Shown: piece by piece, positions 1 to 11,416 of the stretch
How the letters are laid out: every line of letters begins with the position of its first letter
How positions within the stretch are numbered: the stretch's first letter is position 1
DNA from: a virus
Taxonomy: Duplodnaviria; Caudoviricetes
DNA length: 47,163 nt
Direction: 5' to 3' (one strand)
Virus record (IMG/VR): IMGVR_UViG_3300022871_000776
Coordinates: 1 to 47,163 of that record
The notes under the pieces: model-generated
The model's input: only the letters and a program-made list of their open reading frames with translations
What the model was told of the DNA's origin: nothing
The model's database searches: none
Made by a program: the position numbers and the translations under genes

Positions 1-627
1 ATTGATAATTTGAGAAAAGAAAATATTATTGCAGTTATTAAGTCAACAATGCCGCCAGGAAGTACTGTAAGACTGAATGATAAATATAAAAATGTTAGTG
101 TAATATTTAGTCCAGAATTTTTAACAGAAAAAAATTATATCGATGATTTTAAAAATCAAAACAGAATCATTATAGGCGGCACATTACTTGCGTCAACGGT
201 AGTACAAGCTATATTTAAAAAAGTGTTCACAGATATTCCAATAATAGTAACAGACGCAACAACGGCAGAAATGGTTAAATATACAGCAAATTGTTTTTTA
301 TCTGTAAAAGTATCTTTTGCAAATGAAATAAATATGATATGTGATAAGATTGGAATAGATTATAATAAAATGATAGATTATGCAAAATTAGATAATAGAC
401 TTGGAGAGTCACATTGAACAGTTCCAGGTCATGATGAGCATTTCGGTTATGGCGGTTCTTGTTTCCCAAAAGATATCCAAGCATTAATATTTTTTGCTCA
501 AGAATTAGGTATTGATGCAGACGTTTTAAAAGGTAGTTGGAATAATAATCTAAAAGTTAGACCAGAAAAAGATTGAGAACAATTAGTTGGAAGGTCTATT
601 GTAGATACAAAAAATAAGGAGACGTAG
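1..627 (+). CDS. ugd: UDP-glucose/GDP-mannose dehydrogenase family, 5'-truncated by window edge (TGA=Trp)
   Basis: IKSTMPPG, FSPEFL, AEMVKY and GYGGSCFPKD motifs. In-frame TGA at 415 (SH-W-TVPG) and 574 (RPEKD-W-E); ends at TAG 625-627. Confidence 0.9.
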
Positions 628-675
628 ATGTTGGTGTTTTTAAGACTTGTGCTTATGTATTTTGTAGGAGCTTTT

Positions 676-1173
676 ATGGAAAATTCAACAAGAGAATTTA
701 TACGTAAATGGGGTACAAATATTATAACAAATGAAGTTTTACATCCTGTTATTAAGCACAAATATAATGTTGCTTTTGTTATAAAAAATAGTAATAAAAA
801 ATTATTAAAGTTGTTAGAGCCGTGAGCGGACTATATATCTGTAGACTTCGACGCAGAAGATTATGTTATTAAAGAAAATAAAAAGACGCTTTATAATATG
901 TATAATCGGGTTGGCTCTTGAAATAATGATGATACAATAAAAAATCATAATATTGTTATTAAATTCGATGGTTCGCAATTGAAAACACAAGAGCAATTTA
1001 ATCAGATAACAATAGGTTTGTCTGATATAATTACTTCAGTTAGTGATGGCGAAGATATTGGTAATGGTGTAGAGTTTGAATGAGATATTTTTCATATGTT
1101 AGTAAAATCATTTAAGACGTATGAAATGAATAATGTTGTAAATAAATTAAAACGGGAAGATAATAATGAGTAA
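676..1173 (+). CDS. hypothetical protein resembling the C-terminal region of phage glycosyltransferases (TGA=Trp)
   Basis: GGAG RBS before ATG 676; REFIRKWG...LLEP-W; three in-frame TGA; ends at TAA. The family link is tentative. Confidence 0.55.
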
Positions 1174-2119
1174 AAAAATAGTTTATGCAATGGGAACACT
1201 AGGTTTTATTGGTGGGCATGTAACCAGATTACTATTAAAGAAAGGTTGATATGTTAGAGGTGTTGACAAAATTACTTACGCCGCAAATATTGACTTATTA
1301 AAAGAGTTTAATGAATATGATAATTTTACATTTGAACGAAGTGATATATGCGATTTAGAACGATTGTATGATTGTGATTATATTATTAATATGGCGGCCG
1401 AAACACATGTTGACAATTCAATAGTTCGTAGTGAGGAATTTGTACATTCGAATATAAATGGCGTTCATAATTTATTGGAATTAATAAGAAAAAGAAAACA
1501 TTTCAAAATGCCAACTTTAATACATTTTTCATCAGATGAGGTATACGGAGATATTGTTGGTGGCGCTCATACCGAAAGGGATTTGCTAAAGCCAAGCAAT
1601 CCTTATTCAGCTACAAAAGCATCTGCCGATATGCTGATAAAGGCGTGAGGTAGAACCTACGACGTGCCAAGTATAATTGTGAGACCAACAAACAATTATG
1701 GCATCGGGCAATATGTTGAAAAATTAATTCCCAAAGTATGTAAATATTTATCTATTGGTAGAAAAATACCAATGCATGAAAACGGTGAGCCTATTAGGAA
1801 TTGATTACACGCAAAAGATACAGCGAGAGCAATTGAAATTATTCTTGAGAAGGGTGCGGTCGGTAACATTTATAATATATCTGGAGATTTCGAGCAAGCA
1901 AACATTTTAACATTTGAGAAAATTTTAGATATATATTTTAAAGGACAAATTAGTGATGCCAATAATTTTGCAGATTTTACTTGCGAAAGAAAGGGGCAGG
2001 ATGTTCGCTACTCAATTGATGATTCAAAGATTAGAGATTTAGGCTGGGCTCCAGTATGTAATTTTGACCATGAGCTGATTAAGATAGTTGAATATTATAA
2101 AAATAAATTTGTATGGTAA
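1166..2119 (+). CDS. rmlB: dTDP-glucose 4,6-dehydratase (TGA=Trp)
   Basis: GTLGFIG, DKITYA, AAETHVDNSI, SSDEVYGD, PYSATKA, KA-W-GRTY, NNYG, IRN-W-LH, RKGQDVRY. Confidence 0.9.
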
Positions 2120-2879
2120 TATGATGCTGAACTTAAATAATGTTACTTTGATTGCCTTAGATTGCGTCAACCCATATTATGCTGTAAATGCATTAAAATA
2201 TAGTTCGAAAGATATTAAGTTTAATAAAATGTTATTACTATCCGATACAATGCCATCAAATATTACAAAAGATATAGAATGAATTAAGATTCCAAAAATT
2301 AATAGTATTATTGAGAGTTGCATATTCTCATTTTACTATATGAACGGATTTATACAGACAGACTTTGTTATGGGAATTCAATCAGATGGGTTTATTATTA
2401 ATCCACATTTGTGAGAGGATGAATTTTTTAAATATGACTTTATTGGTGCTCCATGACCAGAATTAGAAATGGAAAATAGAATTGGAAATGGTGGGTTTAC
2501 TATGCGAAGCAAGAAATTTATAGAGTTATCACAGCAAATTGATTGAGATTGGGAAACACCAGATGATGTTTTTCTTAATAAGATAAATTATGATTTTTTT
2601 ATCAAAAATGGTATGAAATATCCGAGTCCAAAAGTTGCCGCAAGATTTTCAATGGAAAATCCGTTATGAGATATAAAATATGATTTAACTAAATGTTTTG
2701 GATTCCACAAAAGTTGAAGGGAAGAGTCGCAAGCTTACGTTAATATGATTAGGCAGGATTTCCCAATATGAGAAAAATAAAAATAGATTTATATGGCAAA
2801 AAATTACTTGGAGCTATAATGACTATATATGTATATTTTAAAGGACAAATTAGTGATGCCAATAATTTTGCAGATTTTA
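1932..2879 (+). repeat. direct repeat pair 900 bp apart: 48 bp identical (1932-1979 and 2832-2879) followed by about 140 bp of diverged homology
   Basis: TATATTTTAAAGGACAAATTAGTGATGCCAATAATTTTGCAGATTTTA occurs twice. Confidence 0.95.
2121..2780 (+). CDS. DUF5672-family glycosyltransferase-like protein (TGA=Trp)
   Basis: QSDGFIINPHL-W, YDFIGAP-W, IGNGGFTMRSKK, FGFH; seven in-frame TGA. Confidence 0.75.
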
Positions 2880-3019
2880 GTATAACAAGAAAAGGTCAAG
2901 ATGTTCGATATTCAACCAATGACTCAAAAATTAAAGCACTTGGGTGAAAACCCATATGTAATTTTGATACGGAGCTTATTGATATTGTAGAACATTATAG
3001 AAATAAATTTATCTGATAA
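2768..3019 (+). pseudogene. remnant second copy of the rmlB C-terminus
   Basis: Translates to YFKGQISDANNFADF...RKGQDVRYS...LG-W-KP...KFI-W-stop, paralogous to the last ~62 aa of rmlB. Confidence 0.75.
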
Positions 3020-3056
3020 ATAGAGATACTATGAATAACATAATAGGAGGTTATAA

Positions 3057-4562
3057 ATGAATAAATTTTTTAACAATTTAATTACACTTGAAATGGCAAA
3101 TAATCATATGGGCGACGTTAATCATGCTTTACAAATGGTTGGCGAATTTAATTTAATCGCAAAAATGTTTGATGAATTTCAATTTGCTTGGAAGTTTCAA
3201 TTTAGAGATATTGATACATTCATACATAAAGATTACAAAAATAGAATGGATGTAAAATATGTCAAAAGATTTAGTGAAACAAAATTAACAAATGGCGAAA
3301 TTTTAAAAATAAAAAAGTTTGCAGAAGATAAGGGTTTCATAACAATGGCGACAGCGTTTGATGAGCCTTCTGTAGATTTAATTGAAGAAATGAATTTTGA
3401 TATTATAAAGATTGCAAGCTGTTCATCCACAGATTGACCGTTATTAAATAAGATTGTAGAAACAAACAAACCAATAATTATCTCAACCGCTGGCGTCAAA
3501 CTAAAAGACGTTGATAATATTGTGAGTTTCTTACAACATAGGGAAAAAGACTTTGCCTTAATGCATTGTGTCGGCGAGTATCCTACTGGAGAGGAAAATC
3601 TACAACTTAATCAAATTGATTTGTTTAAGAATAGATATAAAAATATTACAGTTGGGTTTTCAACACATGAGAACCCAAATAATTATGATACTGGAGCGAT
3701 TGCTGTTGCTAAGGGCGCAACAATATTAGAAAAACATGTTGCTGTAGAGACGAACAAATACAAACCTAACGCCTACTCGGTTCAACCATGACATTTATAT
3801 AATTGGTTATATGAGATACGCAAAGCGTTGTCGATGTGTGGCGTTAAAAATGAGCGACATGAATTTTCTGAGAAGGAGACGACTGATTTAAGAACGTTCA
3901 AAAGGGGCGTGTTTGCTAAAAATGATATTCAGATTGATGATATAGTTAGCAGAGAAGAAGTATATTATGCTTGGCCAAATTGCGAAAAACAAATTCTAGC
4001 GAATGATATGTCAAAATATAACAAGTACACTGCAACACAAAATATAAAGGCTGGAGAGCCCGTTTTGACAAACTCAGTAACATTTAAAGATACAAGAGAC
4101 AAGATTTGAGATATAGTACAAGACGTTAAATCATTTTTGAAAGAATCAAACGTTGCATTTCCACAGAAAGCAGATTTAGAAATCTCACATCATTATGGCA
4201 TTGATGGCTTTTACAAAACGGGATTGACAATGATAACAGTTATTAACAAAGAGTATTGTAAAAAATTAATTATAATGTTGCCTAAACAATGACATCCTGA
4301 GCAATATCATAAGATAAAAGACGAAACGTTTATTATCTTATACGGAAGTGTAAGTTTATATTTGAATGGCGAACGTAAAAAATTAAATAAAGGCGACGTT
4401 GTAACAATAGAGCCAGGCGTCAAACACTTCTTTCGTACTGTAAGTGGATGTGTAATTGAAGAAATCTCTTCTACACATTTCGCTGATGATTCTTATTATA
4501 CCGACGCAACCATTAATAACAAAAAAGATAGAAAAACAGAAATAACACATTGGTTGGATTAA
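3057..4562 (+). CDS. N-acetylneuraminate synthase (NeuB/SpsE) family protein with SAF and C-terminal cupin domain (TGA=Trp)
   Basis: EMANNHMG, KFQ, KIAS, HCVGEYP, GFSTHE, EKH, then HPEQYHKIKDETF...H cupin. Four track ORFs are in one frame, joined by TGA. Confidence 0.85.
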
Positions 4563-4563
4563 T

Positions 4564-6405
4564 ATGAAATTATCAGATTATGTAATAAAGTTTATCGAAG
4601 AGGCGGGAGTAAAAGATATATTTATGTTGCCTGGTGGTGGCTGTATACATTTGGTCGATTCTGTAAGGAAAAGCAATTTGAATTATATATGTAATTTACA
4701 TGAACAAGGAAGCAGTATTGCCGCAGAGGCATATTCGCAATATACAAATAATTTAGGAGCGTGTTTGGTAACGACTGGGCCCGGAGGAACAAATACCGTT
4801 ACAGGTGTGGCTGGTGCTTGACTTGATTCAATACCTATGATATTTATATCGGGGCAAGTTCCGATAAAAGATAGAACTTTCGGATTAGCAAGACAAGGGG
4901 GATTTCAAGAAGTTGATATAGCCGCCATTGTTAAGCCAATTACAAAATATGTAGTGAGAGTCAGTAACCCACTTATGATAAAGGTACATCTAGAAAAAGC
5001 ATTATATGAAGCGACCAACGGCAGGCCAGGCCCTGTATGAATAGACATTCCGTTAGACGTACAATCTGCACAAATTATTCCAGAAGTTTTAAATGGATGA
5101 GTTGAGCCAGAAAAGGTCGGCATGAATACGAAACAATCAGTAACAGACATTATAAATGATTTAAATTTTGCAAAGCGACCTGTTATTTTGGCAGGTAATG
5201 GTATTAGATTATCAAAATCAGTTAAAGATTTCTTACAGTTAGCAGATATATTAAAAATACCTGTATTAACGACTTGAAAGGCAATTGACTTCTTTGACGA
5301 GAGCCACCCTTTATATATTGGTAGGCCGGGTCTTGTTGGGCAAAGAGGCGCAAACTTTTCACAACAAAATTCTGATTTCGTACTTAGTATAGGTGCAAGA
5401 TTAGACTTAGGCCAGACAGCGTATAAGCCAGGATATTTTGCTCCGAATGCCAAAAAAGCAATAGTTGATGTTGACCCAAATGAAATTGCCAAAATACAAA
5501 AAAATACTTACTTGCAAACTGGCGACGAAGAAAAAAAAAGGTCAGGAGATGAAAATAGAATGAAAGTAGATTACTCAGTCGAAGCTGATGCCGGTGAATT
5601 TATTAGAGAATTTATTGAGCAAAGCGGAATGCTTACTGCTGATTATAGTAATTGAGTTAAAGAGTGTAAAAGATTACACGAAAAATACCCAATATGTTTG
5701 CCTGAATATTGAAAAGAAAAGGACGGCGTTAATAATTATGTTTTGGTTGAAGCTTTGTCCAGAATTGTCTCAAATGATGTCGTGATTATTCCAAGCAGTT
5801 CCGGCTGTTCAAGTGAGGTAACAATGCAATCATTTAAGGTCAAAAAAGGGCAAAGAATATTTAACACGCCAGGTTTGGGAGCTATGGGGTACGGTATTCC
5901 TGCCGCAATTGGAGCTTGTGTGGCAAGTGATGGAAAAGAAACAATTTGTCTTGATGGTGATGGTGGTTTTATTATGAATATTCAGGAGCTTGAAACTGTT
6001 AAAAGATTGGGCTTACCAATTAAATTTTTTATATTAAATAATGAAGGGTATGTTTCAATACGCAATACGCAAAATAGTCACTTCGACGGTAAGCTTATTG
6101 GTAGTGACAAAGATAGTGGATTGACTCTTCCCGACTGAAAGAAGATTGCAAACGCATTTGGAATTCAATATACGTCAATAGACAGTCATAAAAAAATAGA
6201 CAAACAACTCGAAATTATTTTGGACATTCTGGGCCCTGTAATATGCGAAGTCAAAATGTCATTTGAACACACTACGGCACCGAAAGCGTCCATTTATAAA
6301 AAAGATGATGGGACTTTTTCTACAAAACCAATGGAAGATTTGGACCCGCCGTTAGACAGAGAAGAGTTTGAGGAAAATACAAAATGATGCAATCATTATT
6401 GATAA
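4564..6405 (+). CDS. thiamine pyrophosphate-dependent enzyme (acetolactate synthase-like / YerE-like) (TGA=Trp)
   Basis: LHEQ, TTGPGGTN, GRPGPV-W-IDIPLDVQ, GAMGYGIP and GDGGF...LNN TPP motif. It ends at 6387 if the TGA in the ATGA overlap terminates, otherwise at TAA 6403-6405. Confidence 0.85.
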
Positions 6406-7229
6406 CAGGTGGTGATGGATTCATAGCAAGACATTGCAAAGAATATTTTAAAGACAGATATAGAGTGTTTGCCCCGAACAAATATGAGCTTAATTTAATG
6501 AATTTCGAAGAACTTAAAGAATGATTTTCTTGAAACCATATTGATTACGTTATACACACGGCAGTTTATGACGCACAAACAACATTTGGCAATAAAGATA
6601 AAAATAAAGTATTCTTAAATAACATGCAGATGTTTATGAATTTGGCCAGATTACAGAATTCATTTGATAGAATGATTTATTTTGGTTCTGGTGCCGAAAC
6701 GCATATGGGGCAAGTTAGCAATTCACAGTATTCACTTGCGAAACAAACAATGACAAAATATATCGAAATATCAGAGAATAATATTTTCAATCTAAGATTG
6801 TTTGGGGTGATGGGAGAGTTTGCCGATTGAAGATATAGAATCCCAGAAAACTTAATTTGCAAAGCAATATATGATATGCCTTTGTATGTACCAAAAAATA
6901 AGATGTTTTCTTATATAGACGTTATCGACTTAATGAAAATTATAAATTTAATTTTAGAAAAGAAAGAGCTTGAATATAAAACGTATAATTGTGTTAATTC
7001 AAATTTAATAAATTATCAAGTATTTATAGATAAATTATTGAAACTTTCTCATAAAAAATTAAAGATAGACATAAAAAGTGATTATATACTTTATGAAGGC
7101 AATAATACAAATTTAATTAATGAATTTCCAGAGCTTGGATTTACAGAACTTGATGATACTATTGGAAGATTATTAAATTATTATTTGGCAAACAAAGACA
7201 AAATAGATATAAATAAATTTGAATATTAA
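6384..7229 (+). CDS. NAD-dependent epimerase/dehydratase (TGA=Trp)
   Basis: LITGGDGFIA, FGSGAE, YSLAK (YxxxK), LRLFG. Confidence 0.85.
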
Positions 7230-7239
7230 GGAGATTAAA

Positions 7240-8355
7240 ATGATAATAGACAATGAGTTTAAGAAGACTGAAACATATAAACGTGATTATTTAAAAAGAG
7301 AAAAGCCCTATGTGTATGAAAAAATGTTAAAGTTTGGCGACAAACTTAAGAATGGTGAGAGCATAGCAATTATACAATTCCAATATAATTTTAAATGTAA
7401 CTTTAAGTGCGTACATTGCTCAATAAAAGGATTTCAAGGAAATTTTGAAGAGAAAAAATCTTATACGATTAATGATGTAAAGAGGTTATCAAAAGAAGCT
7501 GATGAATTAGGACTTGCAAGATTTGTAATAACTGGCGGAGAGCCATTAATTTTTTCAGACCTTGACGATTTAATTGCGGCAATTGACCCGCAAAAGTTTT
7601 ACATTAATCTTGACACAAATGGTTGGCTTTTAGATGATGCAAAGGCAAAGCACTTAAAAGAAATAGGAGTCGACAGAATTCAATTAAGTATAGATAGCCT
7701 TGACGCAAAAGAACACGATGATTTCAGAAGAGCGCCAGGCTCATATGTACGCTGTCTAAGAGCAATTGACGCCGCAAAAAACGCCGGATTGGACATTTTT
7801 ATACAAACGGTAGTTACGCACTCAAGACTTCATTCGCAAGAGTTTATTGATTTTATCAAATACTTTAATGAAAAAGATGTTACGGTATTTGTTAGTTATG
7901 CAAAACCAGTTGGGGCTTGGGAAGGACATTATGATGAATTGGTTTCAATGGATGATATAAATTATTTTAAAGAAATGGAAAAAGAACATAACATTTGCAC
8001 TCACTTAACTTCCGCTTACGGTAGAGACTTGGGCTGTATTGCAGTTAAAGGTATGATTTCTGTAACACAATATGGCGATGTGATGCCTTGCCCATATATT
8101 CATACATCTATAGGTAATGTTTTTCACGAGCCACTAAAAGATATTATACAACGTGGATTTGATATTAAATTTTTTGGAGAGTGGGCCGACACATGTTGGA
8201 TAGCTGAAAATATGTCGTTTATAAAAAATTATGTTGCTAAAAATATATATGGTAAAGAATTACCAGTTTCAAGTGACCAAGTTTTCGGTGATAAGGATAA
8301 GACAAAAATTCCCTTTAATGAAACAATGATAAAAGAAAATAAGTTTTCTGATTAG
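7240..8355 (+). CDS. radical SAM/SPASM-domain protein
   Basis: CNFKCVHC, TGGEP, TNG, C-x-GDVMPC; AGGAG RBS before ATG 7240; all four Trp codons are TGG. Confidence 0.85.
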   Translation: MIIDNEFKKTETYKRDYLKREKPYVYEKMLKFGDKLKNGESIAIIQFQYNFKCNFKCVHCSIKGFQGNFEEKKSYTINDVKRLSKEADELGLARFVITGGEPLIFSDLDDLIAAIDPQKFYINLDTNGWLLDDAKAKHLKEIGVDRIQLSIDSLDAKEHDDFRRAPGSYVRCLRAIDAAKNAGLDIFIQTVVTHSRLHSQEFIDFIKYFNEKDVTVFVSYAKPVGAWEGHYDELVSMDDINYFKEMEKEHNICTHLTSAYGRDLGCIAVKGMISVTQYGDVMPCPYIHTSIGNVFHEPLKDIIQRGFDIKFFGEWADTCWIAENMSFIKNYVAKNIYGKELPVSSDQVFGDKDKTKIPFNETMIKENKFSD

Positions 8356-8364
8356 GAAGATAAA

Positions 8365-9351
8365 ATGAAAAGATGTAAAATTTGTAGTGCAAAATTAGTA
8401 AGCTTTATTGATTACAAAAAACAGCCAAGTAAAGCACAACATTTGCCGAACATGAAAATGTTACAAAGTGATTTTGATATTCCATTACATATTTTTGAAT
8501 GTACTGGATGCGGAACTGTACAGCTTGTAACAGATCCAGTATCGTATTATTCTCAAGCGATTAGGTCGCCAGATTGGAATATAAACCCCTTTAGAAAAAA
8601 ACAACGTAGTAAATTTATTAAAGAATTTGAACTTGAAAATAAAATAATTAAACAAATTAATAGAGAACCAAAAGAAGACAGTTATGATGCTTTTACAATG
8701 TTTAATTATTTAGAACATTTCCCATCTCCAAAAGATACATTGAAACAAATTTGCAACAACCTAAATGATAATGGGGTAGGCATTGTTGAAGTACCTAATT
8801 TTGATGAAATCATTCGTGACCGTATTTTTGGCGAATTCATTATTGACCATTTATTTTATTTTACAGAAAAAACTTTAAGATTTGTTTGCGAAGCAAGTGG
8901 GTTTGATGTTATTAAAATAGAAGAAATTTGGAATGGAGCAAGTTTATCCGCAACAGTAAAAAAGCGTCCGTTATTAAAGCCAATATTGTTTAGAGAAAAC
9001 GAAATAGAACTAATTGGAGATATTGATAATTTTGCAAATCAATTTAAGTCGGTAACGTTTTGAGGTGCAGGGCATCAAACACTTATGATACTTTCAATGA
9101 TGAAAACAATACATAAGGTATCATACATCGTTGATGATTTTAAGGTAAAACAATTTTTATATACACCCGTTACACATAAGGAAATTTTACCAAGCAATAC
9201 ACTTCTTACAAACCCAACTGATGCTATTATAATAATGGTTGGCTGACAATATAAGAATGTTCTTAAACGCCTTAGAAATCTTAATTTAACACAAATGCCA
9301 AAAATAGCCTTAATAAAAAAAGCAACATTAGAGATTTATGAAGATATATAA
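8365..9351 (+). CDS. NDP-sugar C-methyltransferase-like protein with N-terminal Zn-binding domain (TGA=Trp)
   Basis: CKIC...CTGCGTVQL, YLEH, VEVPN, DHLFYF, W-GAGHQ, VDD..KQ. The glycine-rich SAM motif appears to be missing. Confidence 0.7.
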
Positions 9352-9369
9352 ATAATATTAGGAGGTTAT

Positions 9370-9657
9370 ATGAGTAAGACAAATTTCACAAGACTTAAAA
9401 TTAATGACAAAGAAGATATTGGCAAGGTAGTTAAACACGAACTTGACAATGGATTTGACAGACGTACTGGCGAGCAAATGAAATTGCGTGAATATTACAT
9501 TACGTATGAGGCCACAAGAACCGTAGAGGACAGTATGGTAGTCGAGGCATACAATGAATGTGATGCGATACATATGGCACGTGAAGAGGTAACGATGTTT
9601 GACGATGTTGAAGGCTTTACAATTGTAGAAATTACAGTGGAGGATTACGATGATTAA
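9370..9657 (+). CDS. hypothetical protein
   Basis: GGAGG RBS, 95 aa ORF. Confidence 0.6.
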   Translation: MSKTNFTRLKINDKEDIGKVVKHELDNGFDRRTGEQMKLREYYITYEATRTVEDSMVVEAYNECDAIHMAREEVTMFDDVEGFTIVEITVEDYDD

Positions 9658-9835
9658 TATGAAAAAATTAACAAATGAAATTGAACAAATTTTGAAACAT
9701 GCTGGTAAATTAAAAATGAATTTTGATTCAAAGTCCGCAATTGATTTTTACACACAAACAATAATGCAAGCGGTTAAGAAGGCAGAACATGACGCAATAT
9801 TAGAAACAAGTAAGAAAGCAGAAAGTGGATATTAG
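9650..9835 (+). CDS. hypothetical protein
   Basis: GGAGG RBS, overlaps the upstream gene. Confidence 0.55.
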   Translation: MINMKKLTNEIEQILKHAGKLKMNFDSKSAIDFYTQTIMQAVKKAEHDAILETSKKAESGY

Positions 9836-9842
9836 TAGGGTA

Positions 9843-10367
9843 ATGAAAGAAAATGTTAAAATAATTGTTGGCAATATTGAAGACCAAGATACTCAAGTAA
9901 TAGTTAATCCAACAAATGCAGAATTAATTTGAGAAGATGAAACCTGTAATGGTGTCATTATGAATAAAGTTGGAATGCAATATTATCATGAATGTGAAAA
10001 ATTTATTGACAGAAATGGCCCATTAGATATGAATGAAATATTCTGATGGAGGGGTGGAGATTCGGATGCCGAATTTATATTAAATATTTATCCACCATTT
10101 TGACAGCCAGCTAATTCCGTTGAAGTCAATGTAGAAAATTTATATGATTGTTATTACAAATGTTTTGAAGTATGTAAAGAAACTGGTAGAACAAAATCAA
10201 TATCGTTTCCATTAATAGGCTCTGGAACATTTATGTATCCAATTAGAACATCATATAAATTATTAGAAAATGTAATTAATGATATTGACGTATCAATGTT
10301 TGGCGAAATTAGAATTGTATTTTGGAAAAAAGAGCAGTATAATTTATGCAGACATTTATTTGAATAG
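9843..10367 (+). CDS. Macro domain (ADP-ribose-binding) protein (TGA=Trp); absent from the ORF track
   Basis: IIVGNIEDQDTQVIVNPTN and SISFPLIGSGTFMYP match the macrodomain GDI/IVNAAN and SIAFPxISTG motifs; three TGA. Confidence 0.75.
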
Positions 10368-10375
10368 GAGGGTAA

Positions 10376-10675
10376 TTGAGAAAGACGTTCAGAGAACATG
10401 ATGTAAAAATTCATGTTAAAGATAGCACCGAAAGTAAAATAGTTCAGAAAAAACTTTTTGAGTTAGGCTATCATTGGCAACAAGATAATTACGAATTTAA
10501 TTATGTAGACGCCCCACATTTATATATTGAAAAGTACAACAAACAAATATTTTTTAGCACATACAATTCTTACTTTGAGAGTAGTGATTATAAAGAAGTA
10601 ACAGTTGCGCAACTAATGTCCCCAGAAATTTGTTATGATATTAGAGGCAATGTGGTAAGAAGAAGTAATGCTTAA
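10376..10675 (+). CDS. hypothetical phage protein, paralog of 10668-10955
   Basis: GGAGG RBS with TTG start; SKIVQKKLFELGYHW. Confidence 0.65.
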   Translation: MRKTFREHDVKIHVKDSTESKIVQKKLFELGYHWQQDNYEFNYVDAPHLYIEKYNKQIFFSTYNSYFESSDYKEVTVAQLMSPEICYDIRGNVVRRSNA

Positions 10676-10955
10676 AAATTATAAATTTAATCCAAAATCG
10701 GAACAGCAAAGTAAAGAAATGCAAAAGTTATTATTCAGTATCGGCTATTTTTGGATCAATAACAATGGCTATAACACTTACTCTTATACAAATGCGAAAT
10801 ATTTATTCACATACAGCGATGGTTCTTTAACATATGCCGATTATGCCGAAGATTTTTCCCAAAGTTCCCATCAGTATATGACACTCGATCAATTACAAAT
10901 TTATGCTTTACATCCAAGTCAAGCTTATACAATTTATGGCAAAGAAATAAATTAA
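10668..10955 (+). CDS. hypothetical phage protein, paralog of 10376-10675
   Basis: SKEMQKLLFSIGYFW; similar C-terminal YxIxG. Confidence 0.65.
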   Translation: MLKNYKFNPKSEQQSKEMQKLLFSIGYFWINNNGYNTYSYTNAKYLFTYSDGSLTYADYAEDFSQSSHQYMTLDQLQIYALHPSQAYTIYGKEIN

Positions 10956-10962
10956 AATAAAC

Positions 10963-11002
10963 TTGACAAAACTTCATAAAAGAATACTATAGTAAAGTAA
11001 GT
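10963..11002 (+). promoter_or_regulatory. sigma70-type early promoter P1
   Basis: TTGACA-N16-TACTAT-AGTAAAG-TAAGT. Confidence 0.75.
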
Positions 11003-11050
11003 GAGAGAGAGTGAAAGAGATAAAAAAAACAAATCATAAAGGGAGAAATT

Positions 11051-11416
11051 ATGAGTTATATTTCAACAGAAGACGTTAGAGCAAAAAGAATAAAAATTAA
11101 AAAAACATTTCCAGGATTCAAATTTTCTATTACATGCCAACGCCACTCAAGCATACATGTATCTATATTGGAAGCCCCAATTAATATGCTTACTGGCGAC
11201 AAAGAATATGAATCCGTTAATCATTTTTACATTGAAGATCATTACAAAGAAACTCCAGAAATAATGGAAATATTATTGAAAATTAAAAACATACTTTCAA
11301 AAGGTCAACATGAAATTGTTTATGATGGCGATTATGGTTCCGTACCAAACTTTTATATTAATATTAGTATTGGAAGCTGGGACAAACCATTTAAAATCAA
11401 AGGAGAGAAAAAATGA
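11051..11416 (+). CDS. conserved phage protein (LPD29-like); apparently terminated by TGA
   Basis: KKTFPGFKFS...DGDYG...INISIGSWDKPF; ends in an ATGA overlap with the next gene. Confidence 0.65.
   Translation: MSYISTEDVRAKRIKIKKTFPGFKFSITCQRHSSIHVSILEAPINMLTGDKEYESVNHFYIEDHYKETPEIMEILLKIKNILSKGQHEIVYDGDYGSVPNFYINISIGSWDKPFKIKGEKK

Noticed and set aside
4905-5492. 195-aa minus-strand ORF and similar antisense ORFs elsewhere
   Set aside because: They are antisense to well-supported + strand genes once TGA is read as Trp, and have no motifs or RBS.
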